The notes under the pieces were generated by a model. That model made no database searches. It saw only the letters and a list, made by a program, of their open reading frames with translations, and was not told the DNA's origin. Below are positions 37,613 through 49,200 of a stretch of 64,000 bases of DNA, piece by piece. The DNA is taken from contig NIVC01003832.1 in assembly GCA_002269645.1 (NCBI GenBank), forward strand, positions 1 through 64,000. Direction: 5' to 3'. Within the stretch, counting starts at the first letter, position 1. Each line of letters opens with the position of its first letter. Source of the DNA: Macrostomum lignano. Taxonomy: Eukaryota. The translations under genes were made by a program, and so were the position numbers.

Positions 37613-38677
37613 CCGCTAACTCAAGCCACATTTTACAGTCGCAGCATCTCCAACATTCCAAAAGCAGAATTATCTAAGAATCATTTCGACCAACCTTAGG
37701 GCCAAAGTGATTTAAAAGCTACTTAGCAACGATTAGGGCTCTGCCTTCTGCGCCAGACTAGTTCAGCCGCGTGAGGGCGCAGTGAAAGGTATTACTAATG
37801 TATTACGATGGTTTAATAGGCGCGCACAGATCAAGGTAGAAATTGATTGCTGCACGGGAGCCAAGCTGAGCTCCCGCGCATTTAGGCTAATCGCTGAGAG
37901 ACCCAAAAATTTATGCAGCTAAAGACAGACGCGAAGAGAAAGTGAACAACAAACTTCCTAAGAACCTTCAAGCCCCGAAGCCAGGCAGCTGACTCCGCCT
38001 GATAAACTCCTCTCAGCTGCCTTCCCCCGCTGAGAGGGAGGCAAACTGTGCCCCCCACAGAAGGTAAACTGAAGAAACTAAGAAAGATAGGCAGACGGAG
38101 ACAGAACGAAAGGAGACACCGCGAGGATGTCGTCAAGCCTTTCGGATCTGGCTATCTTTGCCCCCGCTTTTCGAAGCCAGAACAGCCCCCAGAAAAAAGA
38201 ACGGCGACAAAGTGGAACGGAGCGAGACAATTTCGCAGAAATGCTTGCACTTTTGACGGGTGAATTTTATAGAAACCACAGTAACCTTTTCCAGTCAACT
38301 TGTGAACTGAAAATTAGAGATAGATTTATGGCTGATCATTCTGATTAATCCTACCTTTTTTAAAGGCCAATCATACCATCATAGCTTAAGAGTATCTGAA
38401 TGCAACACTTTTATTACAAATATAATTGATTCAGGAAGGAACAAAAGAATTTTTTCGCCTAATGCCACTTGTGGGCATTTGAAACTTTGAGCTTCTAAAG
38501 AAAGTAATATGAAAATGGAACTTTCATGACACAAATCAACTGTATTAAATACAACAGAGTAACAGGTAGTGCTAGCGAAATTAAAAGAATTGTTATCTTC
38601 ACTGCTCCAGATCAATTAATGTAATAATTATCTACGCAGTGTATCTTTTCTAGCTTACAGTTTTAAATTATGTTATA

Positions 38678-39912
38678 CTACAGTGGTCCTTGTGAATGGC
38701 TACAGTGGTCCTTGTGAATGGCTACAGTGGTCCTTGTGAATGGCTACAGTGGTCCTTGTGAATGGCTACAGTGGTCCTTGTGAATGGCTACAGTGGTCCT
38801 TGTGAATGGCTACAGTGGTCCTTGTGAATGGCTACAGTGGTCCTTGTGAATGGCTACAGTGGTCCTTGTGAATGGCTACAGTGGTCCTTGTGAATGGCTA
38901 CAGTGGTCCTTGTGAATGGCTACAGTGGTCCTTGTGAATGGCTACAGTGGTCCTTGTGAATGGCTACAGTGGTCCTTGTGAATGGCTACAGTGGTCCTTG
39001 TGAATGGCTACAGTGGTCCTTGTGAATGGCTACAGTGGTCCTTGTGAATGGCTACAGTGGTCCTTGCAAATGGCTACAGTGGTCCTTGCGAATGGCTACA
39101 GTGGTCCTTGTGAATGGCTACAGTGGTCCTTGTGAATGGCTACAGTGGTCCTTGTGAATGGCTACAGTGGTCCTTGTGAATGGCTACAGTGGTCCTTGTG
39201 AATGGCTACAGTGGTCCTTGTGAATGGCTACAGTGGTCCTTGTGAATGGCTACAGTGGTCCTTGTGAATGGCTACAGTGGTCCTTGTGAATGGCTACAGT
39301 GGTCCTTGTGAATGGCTACAGTGGTCCTTGTGAATGGCTACAGTGGTCCTTGTGAATGGCTACAGTGGTCCTTGTGAATGGCTACAGTGGTCCTTGTGAA
39401 TGGCTACAGTGGTCCTTGTGAATGGCTACAGTGGTCCTTGCAAATGGCTACAGTGGTCCTTGCGAATGGCTACAGTGGTCCTTGTGAATGGCTACAGTGG
39501 TCCTTGTGAATGGCTACAGTGGTCCTTGTGAATGGCTACAGTGGTCCTTGTGAATGGCTACAGTGGTCCTTGTGAATGGCTACAGTGGTCCTTGTGAATG
39601 GCTACAATGGTCCTTGTGAATGGCTACAGTGGTCCTTGTGAATGGCTACAGTGGTCCTTGTGAATGGCTACAGTGGTCCTTGTGAATGGCTACAGTGGTC
39701 CTTGTGAATGGCTACAGTGGTCCTTGTGAATGGCTACAGTGGTCCTTGTGAATGGCTACAATGGTCCTTGTGAATGGCTACAGTGGTCCTTGTGAATGGC
39801 TACAGTGGTCCTTGTGAATGGCTACAGTGGTCCTTGTGAATGGCTACAGTGGTCCTTGTGAATGGCTACAGTGGTCCTTGTGAATGGCTACAATGGTCCT
39901 TGTGAATGGCTA
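38678..39912. repeat. 22-bp near-perfect minisatellite, about 56 copies
   Basis: ctacagtggtccttgtgaatgg units. Confidence 0.97.
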
Positions 39913-42789
39913 GGTGTGGTGTAATTGCAAGTTTTTTTGACATCCGAACTCTTCAGAACTCAGTTATAACTATCGGTGCCCAGAAGCTCGATTAGGCTGA
40001 CGAAACAGCAAGCATCACGCCACTCACGATAGTCGCAGATGTCCTTGTCGTCCATCGGCTTCATTCCGAGTTCAGTTGGCGGTCGCTGCAGCTGTGAATT
40101 GCTGCAACCGGGCGGGACGAAATGTCTGCGCAAAGCTCGGATCCTCTTTTTAATCGTAATAGCTATCGAAACTTTCCCACTGCCTCATTCCCCCCAACTG
40201 GTGGTTTTTGTAGGGCCGGGCGGGAAGAGTGGCATGGAGCCTTCTTCAATTGGCTGGCCAAGGTCTGAGGCTTTCCCGGCCAATCTATCTATAGCTTGGA
40301 TTTGCAGAGGGGGAGGGCTGCCAGTGCCCAGTGGTTTCAGCTTAGCCTGCCGTCTGCGCCCCCCTCCACCCCCAGACTCCTGAGGATGAGGATCAGGCTT
40401 AGACAATCGTAATGCATCCTGGCAGAGAGGCGCGCCAAAGGGAGAAGGCACGGGCAAGTTCGGGGGTTGGTATCTATGGCACGGCGATAAGGAAAGACAG
40501 CTGCTGCTGGGGTGGACCGCCTCGCGCGTGCAAAAACTTTTGAAAGGAAAACTATAAGGCAAGTATCTCCCCTTGGGTTACCAGAATCTCTACCCATGCA
40601 GTTATAGTACAGCAGTAGCGGCGTAACGTTATAAATCATTAAACTCGCTCTCTCCCATTCGCGTTTTGATGCGTTTATATGGTCCAGATGGCAAACCTAA
40701 TGTGTAGTGTTCCACTTACAGTATGTGTGCGTGTGTGTGTGTGCAACCCATGCAACAGCCGGAACCTCAAATACCGCTGCAATTCATAATGTTTACTGCA
40801 CTATGATTTGGCCGAAGCGTTTGCAGCAAGCTTTAATCCTGAATTGTCACTCGATACGCACACAGGATATTTGCATGCGCCACGTGGTCAGAAAGAACTT
40901 TCAGCTCCAAGTCAGAAAGATTGTTTAAGCAGACATAAACGTTGTTTGCTCGGTAATGCCACTTTTAGTGTTGCCAGGATTTTCCGGGATTATGGTTCTG
41001 TTGCTGTGAGCAGGCACATGAGTTAGTAATTGGACCACGAAGTTTAACATGCATGTATATGTCAAGTACTGCAGCTTCTTGAAATATATACATGCATGTA
41101 CGAGGATCACAAGTATAGAAAAAGACAAGAATTTTTACTTAAGTCTTGTTTGCAGGTGGCCTTAAAGTTCTCTGAGCTCTGCTCGCACATGTATTATACT
41201 CGTGCAGACCCCAATCTGGCCCAATTCGCAAGATAAGTTAACAATTTTTTATTATATAAGCTACATTAATGCTAAAAACACCAAATAGAGCATTTTGTAG
41301 CCTTCTGTATCGCTGGAAAACAAATTTAAGCATGTGTGTTTAATTTAATATTGCTTCACACAATTGTTTCTATTATCTGGCATGAAATAAAAATTGAAAC
41401 CTCGAAATTGTCGTTATTGTGAAATTCAGTTGTGAATACCCACTGCACTATACTATGCCAGCTATGTAGGATATTATAGGAGCTTCTTTGAATGCTCGGC
41501 TTTTCAATTAAGTGATTATATTTAATTATTATTTTAAATTTTATATTTCTGTATGTACATTTAGCGTGGTGCAATAATGTACATGCATACACATTTATGA
41601 ACAATTCGAACATTATACTGCTACTCCGTCACTATACATGTATACTCCCTTCACATGCTTATACCTTTTTCTCCAGCTGAAGTGCTCTATTTGTATGCAA
41701 TCATAATAGCATTCGCCATTGGCAGTACTGTAATAATTTATCTTACAAATGCACCGTTTTTGTCGAATCAGCTGCTGTATATTGAGCTTTAATGAGAATT
41801 GCACCCGACGAATCAGTGTGGTTTTCTTTAGGCAGCGTTCCATCTAATGTTCCATCTAATGTGTACATACACGTACATACATGTACATGCACAAAAAACT
41901 TTCGCAACTTGGGGTTAAAAGGGAAGTAGTTCAAAATATACAATAGCTCATTCTCGTCGCTGAAAATTGATATTTTGCGTGTGGTACATTTCCACTTTTA
42001 GTTCCGGCTAGAAAACTGGGTAAAAAAACAAAAAATACCAACAATAATGATCAAAAGTAGTTAAACACAAGTATTATTTACAATAACGCTTTCATAAATT
42101 GATTTTAATTGCTTCCAATATTATAAAATGTAGTAATTTCTATTCTTAAGAATTCTTTTAAAAACAAAAAGAAAAACAAACTTCTAAGAAACGATCCGAA
42201 TGAACTTTTACAGTACTCGGTATATATACAGACAGTACACTAACACTAACTAATGAGTCAATGACTTACATTTGCCTGCCTGCATGGCAGTGTGCGTGCC
42301 TGCTGCCTCTTTCCATATCATTGTATCACGTGTGCGTGTGTTATGAAATCGAACTGTTGTCTAGGAACTAATACTTGCCTTGTTTAAGGAGGCCTAGTGT
42401 ATATCACTTGATTTGGGCTATGTTATAATGAATATTGATAATGAGTGTTCTGGCTTTGGCTTATAGTTTTTTCCCAAGATGAAAATCCTAGCTATGTCTA
42501 TGCCACTAGAAAAATTCAGAATTGTGTATATGATGATTAATTGATTAAAGCATAAAATTAAACTTAAAAATTAAATGCTTATGTTATAAGACCTAATCCT
42601 AATGCACAAATTTTGTTTCCTCAAAAAACATTTTTGTAGGTCTATTCAAGAAGTTCTAAAAAATTATATTACCTAATAAGTATTGACATTATATTTAAGC
42701 CTCCAAATTACAAAAAGAAATTCTAACACTTTTTGATTAGAACATAGCATCATAAGGCTAAGCTACTATAATAGTAAGAGTATGCTATG

Positions 42790-43772
42790 CAATGATAGGC
42801 ACCACTGAATTTATTTTTAGCACCGCTAATTAGTGCTGTCGCTAACTGATAGAAGAAAAAATTTGTGATCGCTAATAGTAGGCACTATTTCTACTTTGAA
42901 TTTAGTGCAATTAGTGCCACTAATTTTGAAATGCACTAATTAATAAATATATTTAATATAAACTGCTATTTCATACATATTTATGGCTATGCATTTTTGC
43001 ATATTTTTAACTCACACATTTTAAATGAATAAGCTAATAATGCTATTGCTTAAAATTTGTTTTATTATTAATCCTAATAAAAAATCCTTAGGCCACTAAA
43101 CTGTCAGAGCAATAGTTGGTAGAAAGAGTTCCTAAATTACAATGCTGTTTGCCTTAAAAGATGTCAAGGGCCCTTGCTAATGGGGCTATGGCCTTCTTAT
43201 ACTTGAGAAAAAAGGCAAGATCATTAGCTTGAAATGGTGGTATAGGATTTATTAACCCCACTACCACCTTGTTGATATAGCCGATTGCTTCACATCATTG
43301 CTTAGAATATCAACTGATTTGGATGTTGAATTCTTTGATCAAATTATTAAATTAAATTAAATTAATCAACAACTTTTTGCTAACAAATTAAAAGTAGTAA
43401 GAAAATTTTAAAAAGTCAATGACAAAAATACAATTAATTGTTTATAACAAAAGTGAAAAAAGAAATTCAAATTTTGTTATGCATTTCTAAGAAAATTAGA
43501 AACATATTAAAGATTTAGTATTATATGGATTTGCGTAATCTTTATCTTATTACTAAAATAAGGTCTCATTTTAAGTATTAAACAGTCATTAACCGTCTAG
43601 TTTTATAGCAAAAAAATAAATTTAGTGCAATTAGTGATTTTGAAAAAATATTAGTGGCGCTTTGATAGTGTGCGCTAATTGGAATTTCAATTTAGCAGAA
43701 TTAGTGGCACTAACAAAACATTAGCAGCGCTTTAGTGGTATTCAAATTTAGTGGCGCTAGTGCCCATCACTG
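42790..43772. mobile_element. hAT-type MITE, about 980 bp
   Basis: Left caatgataggcaccactgaattt versus right reverse complement cagtgatgggcactagcgccactaaattt. Flanking 8-mers atgctatg/atgctata (7/8) are consistent with an 8-bp TSD. Both subterminal regions are rich in ttagtg/cactaa motifs. Confidence 0.6.
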
Positions 43773-43922
43773 ATGCTATATATGCTAAATTAAAAGAATA
43801 ATCATTTTAAGTGGTGTAAAAGTGTAAAGGTAATAAACATTTTTTACATGTCCTTAGTACCCCCCTTAGCTAGGCTTATACCTCTGTTCATTGCCTTAGA
43901 TTCAATACAATGATTGATTAGG

Positions 43923-44145
43923 CCATAGTTCAGAAAGCAATATGTATGCCAGGATCCTGGCATACAACAAGGGTCTTAGCATTGTTTAACATATAAAAGT
44001 ATATTCCATTGTACACGACATAGTAGATACATGATGTCAAATGCCAATTTTTTATATTGGCATACAAACCTGGTATACAAACAAGGTCTCATCATTTTTT
44101 CTAGCATTAAACCCAGTGTACACTAATATATGATCCAAACTATGG
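43923..44145. mobile_element. About 220-bp MITE (ccatagtt...aactatgg termini), copy 1
   Basis: Termini ccatagttcaga / tccaaactatgg; internal sequence is repeated in 44377-45205. Confidence 0.55.
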
Positions 44146-44376
44146 TGATTAGGCCTATGTGTATCTTAAAGAATGATTTTTCTTATCTTTTTAATATGCT
44201 TTTATCTAAGAAAGAACTATATAGACTAGGACTATAAAGATTATTAATATAATTATAAGTAACAGAAGTCATATTATGTTTTAAATTTAAAGATAGAAAT
44301 TTAAAGATTTCTAATTTTCAAAATATTTTAAGATTTCATAATCATCCTATAAAAAATCTTTTTTATAATCAGATTA

Positions 44377-45205
44377 CCATAGTTTGGAAGGCAATATGTA
44401 TGCTGGGATTTCTTGGCATATAACAAGGGTCTTACTATTTTTTTAGCATATATTAAGGTATATCTTGGCACCCTATAGGAAAAAGTTGTAAAACTGCGGA
44501 CAGTGTCCGGTGCACTTTTGGAATTTTTCTAAAGCGCAGCACGCGCACAGGCGCAGCGCCTGCGCACGCGCTGCCCTTTCTTACTGGCTGCTGCTTTAGC
44601 AAATATATATATAAGGAAATGGGTATAATACCTCTGTGGAAGGGGCTTATGCACTCATAATTTATTAAGCTTAGAGATGTTCCAAAAATTCAATTTTAAT
44701 TTTCTAAAATTTGAATTTTTTTAGAGCAAATTTCAATTTTGAAAAAAATTTAGAAGTGAAAATTTTGGTAGTGTCTAAAAATTCGCTAAAAATAAACTAA
44801 TTTCTACTACATATGCATGTATTACTTTTTGCTTAAGCAGTAAATTGAAAGTGAAAAAGTGAGTGTTGATCATACTAAACTTTATTTTTCTGAATTATGA
44901 TTTTGGGAAATTTTAATTTTGATTTTGGAAAGTTAGCAAATTTTGATTTTGACAAAACTGCAGATCTTTTGGAACATCTCTAATAATCCTAAAGCGCGGT
45001 AAAATAGTTTGACTCTTTTCTAAAGCGCACATCCACAGGTTTTCAACATTTATTCCAATAGGGTCCTAGCATATATAACACAGTAGATACATTGTGTCAA
45101 ATGACAATTTTTTGTATTTGTGCACAAACCCAGCATACAAACAAGGTCTTGTCATTTTTTCTGGCATTAAACCCAGCATATACTAATATATAATCTGAAC
45201 TATGG
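44377..45205. mobile_element. Copy 2 of the ccatagtt MITE, split by about 600 bp of inserted DNA
   Basis: 44377-44452 matches the first part of copy 1; 45060-45205 matches the second part (gtagatacattgtgtcaaatg...ctgaactatgg). Confidence 0.5.
44672..44982. mobile_element. MITE with 16-bp TIR tagagatgttccaaaa, nested in the element above
   Basis: tagagatgttccaaaa (44672) and ttttggaacatctcta (44967-44982) are exact reverse complements; TSD not convincing. Confidence 0.6.
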
Positions 45206-46203
45206 TCTTATTAAAGATCTAATTAAGTCTTTTATAAACTTTCAAATTTAACAATGTTTTTTTGTCTTTCTATTACATCTTATTTGCCTAAATAAAAAAG
45301 TAGTTTATTTTTCAAAGTTAGTCAAGTAACATAAAAAAAAGTTACAAATATTTTTTAGCTTTGTTATTTTTGTAGACAGTATTATAAAGTTTTTGCTATT
45401 TTGGTTTTATTAGATTTATTCTTATCAATAAACTGAAGATAAGAAGGCTAAAAATGACATATTGATATTGATAGAAATTGTCTAAGAAAATAGTTATAAT
45501 TATATTAATAAGACAAAATACTTATAAAAAGCCTAGTTTTAGGCAAAAATAATCACAATGTCCAATAGTCAAAATATTTTAGGCCTACAAAAATAATTAA
45601 AAATTAGGTTTATGGGCACATTTTCACAATTTTTTGTTTTAGCTAGTAGTATTCCACCATAGCTATGGCTAAGGCTATGGGATCCTATGGCAAATATGGT
45701 CAAATAGGTGCCTATAGCAGCTACAGATATAGGTTAACTAAATAACTTATTAAGTTGTAGAGGGTTTTTTGCAATGTAAATTTGAGGGCTCTAAACATGT
45801 TCTATGATTGTGCCATTTGTTACAATAGGGCTTCATGGAAAGTACTTATTTTGCCAAAAAATATCTTGTTTCCAGTAAAATTGATTACAATTTAAAATAC
45901 TTTTTTGTGCAGATAATTTATCCTCAAAGAAACTGAGATTTCCCCATCATATACATTTCAATTTGGCAGTAAAAAAACAGAGAAATCTACAAAAACTAGC
46001 AAAAGTGCATATCAATGTCCCAAGGTCATTAAACAGTTTATTTTAAGCTAGGAAACCATTTTTTACCAATAAAAGTATTTGAAGTCAAGCTATTCCCAAC
46101 TTTCCCAAAAGGTGTCTATCTTGACGTTTTATGCCAAAAGCTCAAACAAATCTACCCAAAATTTCAACCCTCTGCACTGATTCAGCTACAGCAGAGCAAA
46201 GAA

Positions 46204-49200
46204 ATGGGCACATTCTTAGGCCACCTGCTGCCTGGCGCATTCTTCCTGCTATTTGCGCTGTGGTGGCTCTACTCCGTGCTCAGCCGTTACTACAGGGCTA
46301 AGTACAGGCGGGGCCCAGCCTACCGGTCCACTGTAGTTTATCCCTGCTGCTGCTGCTGCGTCCGTCTGCCCTTAGAGGGCTTTATAAAAATGATCTGCTG
46401 CGGCATCGGCTTTACAGCCGAGCTCGTAACTGCATTTGAAAATCGCCAATTCACCTTCTTTGGCAATGGGCAGCACGCCACCATGTACGCCTGCTTTGCC
46501 ATGTCGGGCTTAGTTGACATCCTGGCGCATTGCAAAGCTCCACTGCCGCCTGGCACAGACTATGCAGTCTGCCTGATGGCCTTCTGCGTAGAGGCCATCC
46601 TGTTCACCTTCCATCTGCACGGCCGCACTCAGGTTAGATGTCGGGCATTTTGTAGTTTTAAACACTATGAGTGTTCGTGTCCTGACACCAAGAAACATGA
46701 ACTTCATAAACCATAAATTTGACAATGTCAGACTACACTTAAGCCTTCAGAAACCATAAATTTGACAATGTCAGACTACACTTAAGCCTTCAGAAACCAT
46801 AAATTTGACAATGTCAGACTACACTTAAGCCTTCAGAAACCATGAATTTGACAATGTCAGACTAAACTTAAGCCTTCAGAAACCATAAATTTGACAATGT
46901 CAGACTACACTTAAGCCTTCAGAAACCATGAATTTGACAATGTCAGACTACACTTAAGCCTTCAGAAACCATGAATTTGACAATGTCAGACTACACTTAA
47001 GCCTTCAGAAACCATAAATTTGACAATGTCAGACTACACTTAAGCCTTCAGAAACCATAAATTTGACAATGTCAGGCTACACTTAAGCCTTCAGAAACCA
47101 TAAATTTGACAATGTCAGACTACACTTAAGCCTTCATAAACCATGAATTTGACAATGTCAGACTACACTTGAGCCTTCAGAAACCATAAATTCGACAATG
47201 TCAGACTACACTTAAGCCTTCATAAACCATGAATTTGACAATGTCAGACTACACTTAAGCCTTCAGAAACCATAAATTTGACAATGTCAGGCTACACTTA
47301 AGCCTTCAGAAACCATAAATTTGACAATGTCAGACTACACTTAAGCCTTCATAAACCATGAATTTGACAATGTCAGACTACACTTAAGCCTTCAGAAACC
47401 ATGAATTCGACAATGTAAGACTACACTTAAGCCTTCAGAAACCATGAATTTGACAATGTCAGACTACACTTAAGCCTTCAGAAACCATGAATTTGACAAT
47501 GTCAGACTACACTTAAGCCTTCAGAAACCATGAATTTGACAATGTCAGACTACACTTAAGCCTTCAGAAACCATAAATTCGACAATGTCAGACTACACTT
47601 AAGCCTTCAGAAACCATAAATTTGACAATGTCAGACTACACTTAAGCCTTCAGAAACCATAAATTCGACAATGTCAGACTACACTTGAGCCTTCAGAAAC
47701 CATAAATTTGACAATGTCAGACCAGTGGCGTAGCCAGGAATTTCAATTGGGGACGGGGCCGGGTTGGTCTGGCTGGCCATGCCTTATGCCATTGCCACTT
47801 TTGGCGCCGCAGGTGCTCATTTTGGCGCCGCAGGCACCCATTTGGCGCCACAGGCTCTCATTTTGGCGCCGCAGGCACTCATTTGGCGCAACAGGCACTC
47901 ATTTTGGCGCCGCAGGCACTCATTTGGCGCCGCAGGCACTCATTTTGGCGCCGCAGGCACTCATTTGGCTCCACAGGCACTCATTTTTGCGCCGCAGGCA
48001 CTCATTTGGCGCAACAGGCACTCATTTTGGCGCCGCAGGCACTCATTTGGCGCAACAGGCACTCATTTTGGCGCCGCAGGCACTCATTTGGCGCCACAGG
48101 CACTCATTTGGCGCCACAGGCACTCATTTTGGCGCCGCAGGCACTCATTTGGCGTCACAGGCACTCATTTTGGCGCCGCAGGCACTCATTTGGCGCCACA
48201 GGCACTCATTTTGGCGCCGCGGAACTCAATTGCCTCCTGGTTTTTGGTATCCGCCGCGCCCAACCCCACCCCCCAGGCGATTTGGGGGGGCCTCGGCCCC
48301 CCGCCCCCCCCCTGGCTACGCCACTGTGTCAGACTACACTAAGCCTTCATAAACCATAAATTTGACAATGTCAGACTACACTAAGCAGATAGAAGACTTC
48401 ATACAGCCAATTAATAATTTTCATCTCCGCGAAAGGAATCTGAACAGAGTGAGAACTTGAATCCATCTATAATTTAAAGGTAAATATCAACATGAAGTAT
48501 TATTTGAGTTGCCGATGCATTTCGTCCATTTGCATTAGGACATCGTCAGGGTCTTTTTATTGAGAAACAATTTGAACGAATATTCAGTATATATAGATAG
48601 TTGAGAGTAACAAGAGTAGTTGAATTGAGTTTTTAATTGATGGTTTAAAACTTGTACATAGTAATCAATTTTTGATACAGTATTGGTTGGGTAAAGTGCA
48701 TATCAGTTTCAAGCCAGTCCGGTCATTGACAAATCAGCTAAAAAATTCTGAGTTGACGGCTAGCCCCACCCATCGCAAGTTGGTTATTTAACGTGGGCTG
48801 TTTGGTCTTAATGTACAGGGCTTCTAATAGGCAGAGCATGTGATCTCTATTACAAAAATCAATAGCCTTTATCATTTCGTGTGGTTCAGCCTCACAACAA
48901 GAATTGCAGGTTAGCAGGTGTTCGTTAATAGCAGAGTTTTTTAGCCAGTGCTCTCTGACCCTCGTGTATAAGTGTCGTTTAGTTTTTCCTATGTAGGAGA
49001 TGCTCTGGTCCTCAGAGCAAACAAATTTATACACGACACCAGCCGCGAGAGGACGTGGAACACTGGATTTCAACTTGCAGACAAACTTAGCAATCTTTTC
49101 GGTGCGAAACACAACACGGATTTGAGTGTTTAAGTCTTTACGGAGCAGCTTTTCTAACTTCTTTTTAAACTCTATAGAACAAACACCAAAGTAAGGCAAA

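Noticed and set aside
41356-41943. Short minus-strand ORFs with GVYMYSDG, reminiscent of a transposase catalytic strand
   Set aside because: Single weak motif in heavily interrupted frames; cannot be assigned.
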